The position numbers and the translations under genes are program-made. The notes beneath the pieces are model-generated. The model made no database searches. It saw only the letters and a list, made by a program, of their open reading frames with translations, and was not told where the DNA came from. This document shows positions 50,881 through 64,000 of a stretch of DNA of 64,000 nt, piece after piece. Numbering within the stretch: position 1 is the first letter of the stretch; every line of letters begins with the position of its first letter. Origin of the DNA: Octopus vulgaris (lineage: Eukaryota); the NCBI GenBank assembly GCA_951406725.2, contig OX597831.1, positions 24,242,001 through 24,306,000 of the forward strand, written 5' to 3'.

Positions 50881-52436
50881 TATATATATATATACATACA
50901 TGTTAAATAGACGATATATTAACTTCATAAAGGGATGATTACATCCAAGAAACCACTGGTTCTGTACCAAATATATTTTGGGGAAATATCTTATCCATAC
51001 AGTCCATATTCTCTTAAAAGCAGAAAAGAAAATGTAGAGCTGAAAGTTAATTATTAATAAAACGATACTTCATAATTCCTACACCTGTTTCAATTGTGCT
51101 CATGAAATAAATTACAAATTAATGGTTTAAATTTGCATTTATAAGGTAAAAACACAACACACACACATATATATACATGTATACATGTTTATACATACAT
51201 AGGAATACATGCATGCACACACAGACACATATATACACACACACATACATATATCTTTGACAGTGCTAAATTTAGCTAAATTTGCAATTGTAAATTGCAA
51301 GACTTTATTTCACAAATGTGCAAGGAAACATATAAAAGTACATACACACATGCATACAAATGCACATATGTATATATATACACACATACATATACTCATG
51401 CTCAGGAAGACTTATATATGCCATACCACCACTGTTACAACCAAAATAACTATTGCCTATTTTTTTTTATATGTCAACCCTTCTGCTAAGTCTATCACAC
51501 ATTTACTTCCTCTTAGAAAGCCTCCCTCATTTAAACAGAAAAGAAAGCAGAAGCAATGTTGTTGTCATTGCTTTGCTGTTGTTGTTGTGGAGGTGGTGGT
51601 GGTGGTGGTGGTGGTTGTGGCTGCGGTGCTGGTGACGGTGCTATTACAGTTGTTAATATAGTAGTTTTGTTGTTTGTCTTCCTATAGATTTCGTTTTATT
51701 TGTTTTAGCTTTTATTGTTGTTATTGATGATGATGATGATGGTAATGTGACAGTGATAGTAGCAGCGTTGAGTGGGTGGGGATTTCAAAAGGCACCAGAA
51801 TAATTAAATTTGTTTCTTGTTATATTGGCTCGTAAAAAAAGCAATGTCTACCTCAAAATAAAAGCTCAACTTTTCTCCCATCATCGTCATCATCAACTCT
51901 TCCTCACCCCTCACACCTCCTACCCACACATACACATTTACCACTGTGTATATGCATGTGTGTTTGTATGTGGGTTATTTATTTTTTATTTTTTATTTTT
52001 TTATTTTTTTATTTTTTTATTTTTTATTTTTGCTTCTGATCAGAGAATAGCTGTCCAACCAATCGCCATCCACAAACATTTTAATGTTTATTCAAGCTTC
52101 GGAAATTTGCTTCTTTCAACTCTGATATAGAAATGCTTATTTTTCAGTAGTTAAATGGGTAGGCAAGAAATCTTTGCAAGAAATAATTTATACCCCAAGT
52201 ATTAAAATCTTTTTAAGAACAGCAGTATTTATAACAACAACAAAAAAAAAAAAACAAAGAAAAGAAAAGAAAAACAAAGGACAACTCAAAGCAGTCATTT
52301 AACTTACTAGAAATGGGAACCAAATTTCCATCACCATATTCTACAGTTTTTTTATTAAGTAAGCAAGCAGTGTTGCAAAATGTAGTTTTATGATTTATTT
52401 AAAAGTGATGACCATATATGTATGTATGCAAGTATG

Positions 52437-52504
<68 letters not shown>

Positions 52505-52681
52505 GTGTGTGTGCATGTATATATATATGTGTGTGTGCATGTATATATATATATATGTATATATATGTGTGTGCATGTATATATATGTATATATATATAT
52601 GTGTGTGTGTGTGTGTAAATACATACATATGTATATAAATAATAAATAATATAATTTAATATATATATGTGCATATATATA

Positions 52682-52729
<48 letters not shown>

Positions 52730-52739
52730 CATGCATGTT

Positions 52740-53043
52740 GTTATGGGGATGTAAACACAACAACACTAGTTGTCAAGCAATACCAGTTATCAAGTGTTGG
52801 TAGGGGGCAAACACAAACACAAAGATACGCACACAATGCACACACACACACACACACACACATGTATATATCTATATAGGATAGGATTCTTTCAGTTTCT
52901 GTCAATAAAATCTATTCACAAGGCTTTGGTAAGCCTTAGACTATAGTAGAAGACACTTGCCCAAGTTGCTATCCTGTAGGATTGAACCCAGAACCATGTC
53001 TTTGGGAAGTAAGCTTCTTACTACTCAGCCACATTTGCACCTA
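52740..53043 (-). mobile_element. SINE family A, partial
   Basis: Diverged match. Confidence 0.8.
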
Positions 53044-53764
53044 AATGAATTTATACAGGACATAGTAAACTAATCTTGCACCTTAAAGACACTAACAAAC
53101 CTTTTCTTTAGACTGGAAAACTTTATCTAGATCATTCCCCTATGATAAAGGGAAATCTTTTTGTCCACTCTGTACGAAAGAGCAATTTTCAATCCTCTTT
53201 TTTGAACATAAACTAGTGAACACATTTACAGTGTTAGTTTACAGGTGTTCACATTGGAAAAGACATTTTTTCGCTTTTTCTAAATAGTATCTACCCGTAC
53301 CTAATAATTATTTCTGAAAATCATCTTTTCTTTATTCTTTATTCTTACTTCCCATAACCTTTATTCCTCCCTTCACCTCTTCTCATCTTTTATCTATCCA
53401 GTTTTGCCCGTTCCTTTACCCTCTCTCTCTCTCTCTATTTTAACTTTGTGTTCTCCTTTTCCCCTCTCTATTAATGTAAACTGTCTCTTCTCTCATCCTA
53501 TGAAGTACATTTCCTTAGCATTTTCAAATTTTAGTGTTCCCTTCACTACTTAGCTTCCTATAGGCGAAGACTTCACCTAGCAAATTATTTTATTTGCTAA
53601 AATAAGTCAGAAACCATGGTCCAGGAAATAGATGATTTTTCATTCCCTTCGAGAATTTATACCTAATTAGTAGTTTGGACTTCAGATGTTCTTTCTAGTG
53701 TAACGGATTCCTATGATGGAAACCCCTTGATGTGTTTAAATGTACATTCTATTTTATAGCTTCC

Positions 53765-53823
<59 letters not shown>

Positions 53824-54751
53824 CTATATTTGTTCTTGTATGTATGTATACCATGTATGTGTACAGATGTGTGTATGTGTTTATGTAAGTGTGTGTTTGT
53901 GTATGTTAGTATGTATTTTGGTGTATCTATGCTTTGGGCATGTGTGTGATCTTGCGCATACACGTGTATATGTACGTGTGTTTACGTGTGTAAATACGTG
54001 GTCATACACATCTATAGACGTATGCATATGCATATATGTGAGTGTTGTGAGTATATGTATGAGTGTATGTGTATGTATGAATGTATATATATGTATATTT
54101 ATGTATGTATGTGTATATATGTAGATGGGTATATGTTTACATGTATGTATGTGTGTATATGTATATATGTATATATATATATATATATGTGTATATATAT
54201 CTGTATATATATATGTACACATATATGCATATATGTGCGTGCGTGCATGCGTGCATATGCATATTTATATACGTCACATTTCCTGAGGTTTCTTATATCT
54301 GTAAAAATGTCTGTTTGATGAGCACTGTTGTATATATCTCCTCCCTGGTGAGATTGATGCATTGCTGATCATTATTCATTCTGTCGGATGTATTTTGAAT
54401 GCATCCATCGAAACATATGTCGATGAAATGGAGATATAAATGATTTAATAACATCTTGAGCGATTGTCTCCATTTAAAATTTTTCCGAATATATTTATAT
54501 ATGTATATATATATAATGTGCAAGTGTGAGTCTCTTTCTTTGGCTTGGTAATGATGGTGATGGTGATTGTGTTGGTGTGGACACTTCTTTCTCTATTTCT
54601 CTTTCTCCATCAACCCACACACACACCTCCTTCGCATGGCAGTTTGGAAAGTAACTTCATCTCTATACCCAACATCCACAAGTACATCATTAACATTCTA
54701 TTCAAAATGTAAATGACCGCCCCCCATCTCTTGACAAAAGAAACGTTGAGA

Positions 54752-55009
54752 ACCATCCGAACGTGGCTGTTGCCAGCGCCGCCCCAACTTGCCTCGTGCC
54801 GGTGGCACGTAAAAAGCACCATCCGTACATGGCCGTTGCCAGCCTCGCCTAGCCCCCATGCTGGTGGCACGTAAAATGCACCATCCGATCGTGGTCGTTT
54901 GCCAGCCTCGTCTGGCACCTGTGCCGGTGGCACATAAAAAGCACCCACTACACTCACGGAGTGGTTGGCGTTAGGAAGGGCATCCAGCCATAGAAACATT
55001 GCCAGATCA
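54752..55009 (+). mobile_element. Family C fragment with 3 minisatellite units, truncated by a PLE insertion
   Basis: Shared block ends at gccagatcag. Confidence 0.8.
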
Positions 55010-55258
55010 GATCAAACAAAAAATAGTTTGCGTAAAAGAATGGCCCTGCACAGATCCCAGATAAAAATTCCCCAAAACAGAAAAATAGCTTTCAGCCAAC
55101 ACATAGATACTTGCGCCAACAAGAAAACACCAGGCTTCAGGATTTTCCCCCTCTACCAATTTAGGGACGATACAACCACGAGACAACGAATAAGTAAAGA
55201 AACTATCTTTATTACAAAATACAGGCCACTTCTTAACGGGTCTACGACAAACGATTAA
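55010..55258 (+). pseudogene. C-terminal half of a Penelope-like GIY-YIG endonuclease (5'-truncated PLE; element extends to about 55980)
   Basis: QTKNSLRKRMALHRSQI...SQHIDTC...FRIFPL...RISKETIFITKYRPLLN follows the (G)QTxxxLxxRxxxH...H...RxxxExxFI...PxLN pattern. Confidence 0.88.
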
Positions 55259-55419
55259 TTCACATCAGCTTTAGAATAACAGAAATACACACGCAAATAT
55301 TACATTCCAAAGAATCCATTACAAATCAGCCCCAATCACAGCTATAATCCATAACGTGCCAACTTCAAGTCATACAACACCTCACTACTTTCACCCATTC
55401 ATATTCTCCCTTCTCTTTT

Positions 55420-55522
55420 TCTTCTTCTTCTTCTTCTTCTTCTTCTTCTTCTTCTTCTTCTTCTTCTTCTTCTTCTTCTTCTTCTTCTTCTTCTTCTTCT
55501 TCTTCTTCTTCTCCTTCTTCTT
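55420..55522. repeat. (TTC)n microsatellite within the PLE 3' region
   Basis: Directly visible. Confidence 0.97.
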
Positions 55523-55850
55523 CTCCACCTTCTACCTCTTAACTTTATCACTAATGCTTTTTAGTATAACACCTACGCAAATTCCATAAACAAACCTTTC
55601 AATAGAAATATTCTCCTGAATTGAACTGCAACTGCTAGCCGCCACTGACCATTCAAAATACGACCATCAAGGCACTCCCAAATTTGTCCACCCCCTCTCC
55701 TCATCAACCTTCTTCTTCTACCCTACCAAGAACACACAAGTGCAAACAAGGGAGACAGAGAAAGGCAGAATGCCACTTATATTTGAACACTATACAAATA
55801 TTCCTTTAAAAAAACTTTTCTTTTAATTTTTCTAAATTTAATTATTTAAT

Positions 55851-55898
55851 CATTACAGTTGAAAAGGTCTCAAAATGACCGAAACCGGTACTGAAATG
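55851..55898 (+). ncRNA. Minimal type I hammerhead ribozyme, U3-A8 variant, in PLE terminal region
   Basis: cattacag TTGAAAA ggtc-tcaaaat-gacc GAAAC CG GTA ctgaaatg; stem I 7 of 8 bp, palindromic stem III ACCGGT. Confidence 0.8.
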
Positions 55899-55979
55899 TT
55901 CTTCATAAAATTATTTTAGCATTTTCTATTTTGACTTGTTTTTTCATATATATCAACTCGTGTGTTCCTTTTTACCCTT

Positions 55980-56040
<61 letters not shown>

Positions 56041-56045
<5 letters not shown>

Positions 56046-56220
56046 AGAGTTTACGAAAAAAACAAAAGATGAAGACAGCTGGTGTACAAAACAAACAGAT
56101 GTATTAGTATAATGCTCAGGAATAGGAAAAGTCTTTTACGTTTCGAGCCTACGCTCTTCTACAGAAAGGGACACAGAAAAAACAAGGAGAGAAAAAATGT
56201 GTGTAGTGGCTAACGATCTA
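56041..56220 (-). mobile_element. PLE-like hammerhead element E1 in (TA)n
   Basis: ctttCTGTAGAagagcgtaggctcGAAACGTAaaag on minus. Confidence 0.78.
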
Positions 56221-56888
56221 TATATGTATACACATATACATACAAACATACATATATATATATATCTTGCTTGGAAAGAAGGGTTGATGACAGGAAGAGC
56301 ATCAAGGAAAAGAAAATCTGGCTCAGCAAATTCAGTCTGACCCATGCAAACATGAAGAAGTGGACGTTAGTTTACATGATGATGTGACATTATGTATTAC
56401 TATTTCATAGTTGTAGACACTTGCTCCCTCACATTCACATACACACTGATATCTACACCCACGCATATCAGTATGTTGTCATGTATATTTCCTTCTCTCA
56501 ACTACGAAAGTTGATGCATACTTAAAAAATACTTGTAGTTAAGTTTCCATTGAAAATAAATACGGTGTTAGGTTTCCTCTTCAGCTAGTCTTTGATTCTG
56601 AATGCAAATAATGTATTTGATATGCTATTTCACATGAATATAGTAGTATCCTGTTTCATATCTGAATTATATTAAGCAGGTTCTGTAAAAATTAGAAATA
56701 TCAATACAGAGAAGATATTTAAAATGCTATGTATAAATGTGATTTGGCATGTGTTGTCGTTGTATATTTATGTGATGTGTATGGTTATATGTGTAAGTAT
56801 GTATGTATGAATATGTGCACGCTTGTGTGTGTGTATTCTATGAGTACATCTTTGTACAGGTATTCATATACCTGCATGCCTGTATGTA

Positions 56889-56934
<46 letters not shown>

Positions 56935-56967
56935 CACACACATACACATACAGCATATATATATATA

Positions 56968-57353
56968 TTCTTTTATTCATTTCAGCCATTTGACAGCAGT
57001 AATGCTGGAACACCACTTTTAGTCAAACAAATTGACCCCAGGATTTATTCTTTGTAAGCCTAGTACTTATCCTAGCGGTTCGTTTGTCGAACTGCTAAGT
57101 TACAGGGGCGTAAACACTGACACACAAACGCAGACACACACACACACACACACAGATATATATATATAAATATATATATATATATTTATACAACCGGCTT
57201 CTTTCAGATTCTGTCTACCAAATCCACTCACAAGGCTTTGGTCAGCCCGAAGTTATTGTAGTAGACACTTATTCAAAGTGCTACACAGTGGGATTGAACC
57301 CAGAATGATGTGGTTGGTAAGCAAGCTACCTTCCACACAGCCATGCCTACACC
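56968..57353 (-). mobile_element. SINE family A
   Basis: Family match. Confidence 0.88.
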
Positions 57354-58028
57354 TGTACAACCACTCATGCACCTATATATATATATATATATATAATCAT
57401 ATCAAAGGGAAATGGAATTTAATTAAATTTAAAATATTCAATCAAATTTTACATTTCCAGTGGTCTAACATGCAAAATAGTTAGTCAAGAAGACTATCTA
57501 TTAGTTATACGATATAGTGCATATTTATACACATAAGGAATCCACTTAGTATGAGATTCAGCATATTAGAGAGAACATCTAGGTTCCATAAACCACAAAA
57601 ATAACAGATAAAATTCAACAGGAATAAATTTGGAAATGAAAAACATTTACCATCTAGTACCCCGAAAGCAAACATAAAAACAAGGGCTGTGAGCAATGAC
57701 AGGGAGCAATATATACATTATATACACCACTACCACCACCACTACTACTACTACTGCTGCTGCTGCAATGATCTTCTCTTCCTACTCCTCTGCAAGATGT
57801 GCTTCTAGCTAACACTCTTTATAGAATATTGAAATGTACATAGGTTTTAGAGACGAACCCTATTTGTTCCATCCCAAGATAAACAAGATGGACACAAAAA
57901 TATTCCGAAGTCTTCTTATCTGTAAAATATCCAAAAAAAAGATACTTCTTTCATTCCAAAACAAACACAGAATATCCAAAAGTACTCGCAGAGCAAAATA
58001 AACATGTCTACTCAGGTCAAAAAGCAAA

Positions 58029-58049
58029 TATAATGATAATGATGATGAC

Positions 58050-58104
<55 letters not shown>

Positions 58105-58134
58105 GTAATAGCAATAATAAATATAATAATAATG

Positions 58135-58173
<39 letters not shown>

Positions 58174-58202
58174 GCAATAATAATGATAATAATAATAGTA
58201 GC

Positions 58203-58244
<42 letters not shown>

Positions 58245-58273
58245 TAATAATAATAATGATGATGATGATAATA

Positions 58274-58343
<70 letters not shown>

Positions 58344-58393
58344 TAATAATAATAATAATGATGATAATAATAATAATGATGATGATGATGATG

Positions 58394-58433
<40 letters not shown>

Positions 58434-58468
58434 TAATAATAATAATAATAATGATAATAATAATAATC
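58029..58468. repeat. Long imperfect (AAT)n/(GAT)n microsatellite, about 440 bp
   Basis: Directly visible. Confidence 0.97.
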
Positions 58469-59709
58469 GTAATATCACCAACAAAGTAATAATTTCTGTA
58501 ATCTTGTCAAAGTTGTTGAAATTTCAATATTTAACTTAATATACATATGTTGCTATAGATTTGCAGAAAATCATAGATTACTTAAAAGAAAATATAAGTT
58601 TTAACATATCTCTTGAAATTGTGCTTTGAATTTATTCTCAGTGAATTTATTTTTAAAGCAAACAAAACTTGAAATAAAACCATACTTATGAAAACTGCCA
58701 GGAAATTGCTGAATAGCATTTATATCTTGCTTTTTATATTTTATATTTATATTTTGCATTATATTTCAGTTCACATTTTTTTTTTTTTTTACTTTTTTTA
58801 GTTTTTTAGTTTTTTTACTAAGGGAATCCTTAGGATTTATTGAATGAATGCAAAAAAAAAAAACAAAAATGAAAAAAAAAATGTACAAAAAACAACGACC
58901 AACTAAAAAAAAAAACAAAACAAAATCTTATGGAAATTATTTGCAAAGATTATTTAATTTTTCTATAGATCATTTATCTATATAAAACATTTTAAGTTTA
59001 GCTTCTATTTTAATGTTAAAGTAAATGAGTGTTAACATAAAATGAAAATATAAATAAAAAATATATCAAAAATACTGTTGAACCACTGATTCACAAAATT
59101 TTTAAGATATTTTGCTTCAGAATCCAATTAACAACAGCAGCAAGAACAAGAAGAAGAATATCACTACTTAATGTTTAACCTCTTCTGAAAGTAATTCATA
59201 AATACCGTTCAGAAAATTTGTTGTATCATCAAGTTATTGCTGTCTATTTTTTCCCCCTATTCAGAACTAGAATATCAATATGGCAATCAGCCTGATGCAC
59301 ACCATTGATAGCCAACAATGTCTTGTTACTTATGCCACAGCCTGTCACTGATATTAAGTGATAGAAATCAGTGTATGTACAACCACACAACCTGTCAAAT
59401 ATAGCAGCCAAATCTCCTTGAAAACACTCCCTTTTATCTTAAAACTGGAAGAATACATTACATAAATGAGTCCCTGTTGTATGGAATGCCTTCCATCGTA
59501 GGTCTTCTGAATCAGGACCAATTTGGGCCTCAAAGGCAAACATAAAAATGAGGGCTATGACAGGGAGCAATATATACATACTGAGTTCAAATTCGTCCTG
59601 AACTGTAATTAAGAGGAGTAATCAGATGGATTTTACATACACGCATACACACACATATATCTGTATATATATGAATGTGTAAGCATTTATAAACATACAC
59701 ACACACACA

Positions 59710-60170
59710 CTCTTTTACTCTTTTAATTGTTTCAGTCATTTGACTGTGGCCATGCTGGACCACTGCCTTTTAGTCAAGCAAATCAACCCCTGGACTTATT
59801 CTTTGTAAGCCTAGTGCTTATTCTATTGTTCTCTTTTGCCGAATTGCTAACTTACAGGGATGTAAACACACCAGCATCGGTTGTCAAGCGATGTTGGTGG
59901 GACAAACACAGACACACAAACATACACACACACACACATATATATATATACACACACACACACGTATATATATATGTAGGTCCCAGGTTGAGTTGGGGTT
60001 AACCACAGTAAATAAGGTACTCAATACATAGCAGAGTAAAAGTAATTTATTTTATAGAAGGAGCTTCAACAGGACTAGAACTGTTTCATTCAGATGAAAT
60101 TTTCAGGGAGCTCCCTGAAAATTTCATCTGAATGAAACAGTTCTAGTCCTGTAGAAGCTCCTTCTATAAA

Positions 60171-60205
<35 letters not shown>

Positions 60206-60369
60206 CATATATACAGCGGACTTCTTTCAGGTTCTGTCTACCAAATCCACTCACAAGGCTTTGGTCGGCCTGAGGCTATACTAGAAGACACTTGCCCAAG
60301 GTGCCACGCAATGGGACCGAACCTGAAACCATGTGGTTGGTAAGCAAGCTACTTACCACACAACCACTC
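59710..60369 (-). mobile_element. SINE A interrupted in its microsatellite by an insert (about 59977-60176) carrying a 132-bp palindrome
   Basis: Both SINE halves present; palindrome 60045-60176. Confidence 0.88.
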
Positions 60370-60373
60370 ATAT

Positions 60374-60890
60374 ATAACCCCCGCATAACTATTTTACTTT
60401 TTAAACTTTTTTCCAGATTTGTGTTCTACACATTATAATTCATTCAATTTTCTAAAAAAATTTATCTTGTAAACCCCACCCTCTTTCCCCTATAAATCCT
60501 AAAATTTTTACTCTTTTTCAAAATTTTTTCAAAAATCAATGTTTAACATTCAGACAGTCCAAATATTTTGCTTAAATCCCAGCAGGGGATCACCGTTGAG
60601 TGCATCATCATTCCATTAAATGTGTTTATGGGGAAGAAGATATTGAAAAACATCAATACATGTTAGAGTGACAATGAAACGAGGATGGTGTCAGGTGTTT
60701 GTGGGATGCGCTAAAAACAACAGCTAAATCACCCTTAAATCATACCTATACAATTTTTTTTTTTTTTTGCCTTATTGTATAAATTCCAGTGTGTGGAACA
60801 CAAATTTTCAAAAATTTTCTGAAAAATTCCAAAAACACAAAATAGTTACGAGGAGTATATGGTGTGCTTAAACCAAAAATTCTGCCAAAA
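60374..60890. mobile_element. Old TIR-bearing DNA element; second diverged copy at about 61612-62092
   Basis: Ends cccgcataactatttt / aaaatagttacgaggag; both copies share cattaaatgtgtttatggg...aaaacatcaa...gaggatggt...aacagctaaat. Confidence 0.6.
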
Positions 60891-61038
60891 ATTCATGCAA
60901 GCTCATTTAGATTGATGACTATAGTTTGACATGTTCACGCATCTGAACACAAATACACACCAAATGAAACAGGATTACATATATAGAATGACGTCATCAC
61001 CTCTATTGTTGATGAAATCTTACAAGAAACAGCTTTAA

Positions 61039-61501
61039 CCCTTTTGATACCAGCCTGGCTGAAACTGCCTCTGACTCTGTAGTACAAATATCTTGTTTTC
61101 ATAAGCTTTGAATTAAAATCTTTCATTAAACCTTACTCACAATTTATGTTCCTAACACCAGCTTAATGATAACTAGGTTATTTTATTAAATTCTTTGTTA
61201 TATTTAAAATTAATTGAAAGAAACACAGAGCATCTCAAAAGAAATATGGTAACAAAAGGGTTAGCAAATGATTAATTTAGCCCTTTCAATACCAACCCGG
61301 CTGAAACCAGCTCGGGCTCTAAGTACAAATGTCTTGTTTCCATAAGCTTTGAATTAAAATCTTCCACCAAACCTTAGTCACAATTTATGTTGTTAACACC
61401 AGCTTAATGATAACTAAATTATTTTATTAAATTCTTTGTTATATTTAAAATTAATTGAAAGAAACACAGAGCATCTCAAAATAAATGCGGTAACGAAAGG
61501 G
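61039..61501 (-). mobile_element. Tandem dimer of MITE P1 (61039-61260, 61281-61501)
   Basis: Reverse-complement homologue of 1041-1503, including the spacer. Confidence 0.88.
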
Positions 61502-62682
61502 TTAACTTTCATTCTGCCAATATTGACAAAGTAATTTCCAATCATATTCCTAGGCACAGTTATAATTGTGTGAGTAAAAAGTTTAGGCTGAATTCTGTTT
61601 TATGCATTGCATAAACCCCTCATAAATTTCATATTTTATAGAATTTTCAGAAAACTCTTGTGAACTTGTGTTCTACACACAGGAATTGAAATGCCTATGA
61701 AAAATTTATTTTCACCTTTTCGAAATAATTATGAAATTTAAAAAAAAATTTATTTTTTAAAATCCCAGTTTAAAATATGAATAGTCCAAATTTTTGGCTA
61801 AAATCCTAGTAATAGATCATTAAATGTGTTTATGGGAATAACGATATTGGAAAACATCAACACATCACAGTGGCAAACAAATGAGGATGGTATGAGGTGG
61901 TTGTGAGGTGTCCTAAAAATAACAGCTAAATACCCCAAAAATTACACAAAAAACATCCTCATTTTGGTTTTTGTATAGTCGTATGATTTCCTGTATATAG
62001 AACACAAATTCACAAACATTTTGTAAAAATTCCAAACATTAGAACATTTATGAGTAGGTATATGCCATGCTTAAAGCAGAATTCTGCCAAAGTTTATTTT
62101 GCATCAGCATGATTCTAATACAATGGATGTATGGTAAGAAATACACAGGAAAGAATCACTGGACAGGTTTTGTGGGCAAAAAAACCAACTGGCAGGAGAT
62201 CCTGGGGTTGACCATGAGCAAGATTGTTGGATAACATCCATGAGCTTAGTTTTTCCCACTTGTGGATTCATTCAGATCAACTGGTGTTGGTTGCTTCTGA
62301 CAGGAACTGATGTAGGCCAATCTTGAGGACTCAGCCGCCATGGCCATCACCGGAATAAGTGGGTGAAGAAATTGAGATGAGGTGATACCAGGTTCAATCT
62401 CAGGACACGGCACCTTGAATATGTGTCTTCTAACATAGTCTTTGGTTGACAAATACATTGAGAGCAAGTTTGCTCTAAGCTGTGCAATTGCGTGGGCATA
62501 TAAACACACTTCACAATGAACACAAAGGAAAAACTGCGTGCTCTCAAGGTTTACAAGATTTCAAATGTTTTTATTTGAAGATGGATAGTCATGTTAGTGC
62601 ACACATATTTTGAAAGGAAAATCAAAATTTGCACTCAGGAAAATGTTCACACTCACAGGATCACTGAGAATAAAAACTACCA

Positions 62683-63106
62683 TCTTTTACTCTTTTACTT
62701 GTTTCAGTCATTTGACTGTGGCCATGCTGAAGCACCACCTTTAGTCGAGCAAATCGACCCCAGGACTTATCTTTGTAAGCCTAGTACTTATTCTATCAGT
62801 CTCTTTTGCTGAACCACTAAGTTACGGGGACATAAATACACCAGCATCAGTTGTCAAGCGATGTTGGGAGGACAAACACAGACACACAAACACACACACA
62901 CACACACATATGTATATATATATATATACATATACATATATACGATAGGCTTCTTTCAGTTTCCATCTACCAAATCCCCTCACAAGGCTTTGGTCGGCCC
63001 GAGGCTATAGTAGAAGACACTTACCCAAGGTGTCATGCAGTGGGACTGAACCCAGAACCATGTGATTGATAAGCAAGCTACTTACCACACAGCCACTCCT
63101 GCGCCT
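62683..63106 (-). mobile_element. SINE family A
   Basis: Full match. Confidence 0.92.
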
Positions 63107-64000
63107 ACCATTGATTTATTTTTCATCTTTTTTTTTATAAATATTGAACTGCGAAGCCAAGTAAGAATTGATAATTCATTTTTATCTTTATTCTTGTTTT
63201 ATTTTAAATCTGTATTTTATTATGGTCAGTCTAGTAATTAGAATTAATAGCTGTACATATGATAGGCTTCTGCACAGTTTTTCCTCTACCATATTCCACT
63301 CACACACTATGATAGAAGACCCCACACAGTGAGATCAAACCCTGAAATATGTAACGATGTGAGCCTCTCCACTATAGAACAAGGCATGCACACATACATA
63401 CATAACTGAGTGTATGCATGAATTAATTAATGGACATAATCACAACTAACTACATTGTCATGATAATATATATTATCCCTAATTACTAAATGTCCATGCT
63501 GTGTACACTTAGTTCTTCAATGGCTCTATCCAAATTCCTAGTTATAACTACTGCAGAATAGTACAGGTTATTGTTGTAAGGATATTAAATTGCTGTATAA
63601 TTTAGCCTTCCTCCCATGATAGGTTCCATAGTTCAATCACTGTTGTCATTATGTTAACAGTTGATCCCTCTCCTGCCCCCCTCAGCTGACTGTTTGACCA
63701 GCTTTCAAACTGACAGCCCTAATACTGCCCGCACTGTAAACTATTTAAGCATGCAACGACAAACTTTTATATGCATTCCATTTGTTCTGTTCTTTCCATT
63801 AACTGATATCTATAAAGAAAAATATATATATACAGTAATGCTTTCTACCCAGTAATAAAAATCTAACCAGAAAGAATACTGCAATAAATAAATAAACTAT
63901 CAATACTAGAAACATATTCAGATATTCAGAGATAGCTTCGGAGAAATAAATCGGAGTATTTTCCATTATGTATCTTCTCTCTCATGAACCTTTATATAAC

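Noticed and set aside
58017-58539. Poly-I/N/L ORFs
   Set aside because: (AAT)n microsatellite.

Overview
Very AT-rich, repeat-dense animal genomic DNA with no intact protein-coding exon that I can support; it is most likely the interior of a very long intron or an intergenic region. The SINE families, RTE 3' ends with (GAT)n tails and (TA)n/(CA)n load resemble Octopus repeats as I recall them (inference, not a database result). Most of the window is microsatellites, three tRNA-headed SINE groups, truncated RTE LINE pieces, piggyBac-, hAT- and Tc1-type non-autonomous DNA elements, and many Penelope-like (PLE) fragments inserted in (TA)n tracts. Almost all ORFs in the track are microsatellite or SINE artefacts; the only real peptide signals are transposon remnants. 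Best leads: (1) a textbook recursive-splice motif (polypyrimidine-TAG|GTAAGT) with a 32-nt cryptic exon at 31.9 kb on the + strand; (2) a set of minimal type-I hammerhead ribozymes in PLE-derived elements, including a U3-A8 covariant and a family-wide A6U core; (3) two repeat-free A-rich-then-T-rich islands (16.1-16.8 and 40.2-40.9 kb) with local fold-back and possible 24-kb long-range complementarity; (4) a MITE dimer present twice with an identical spacer; (5) spacerless palindromes and pre-miRNA-like hairpins. Repeat boundaries were read by eye and are approximate.
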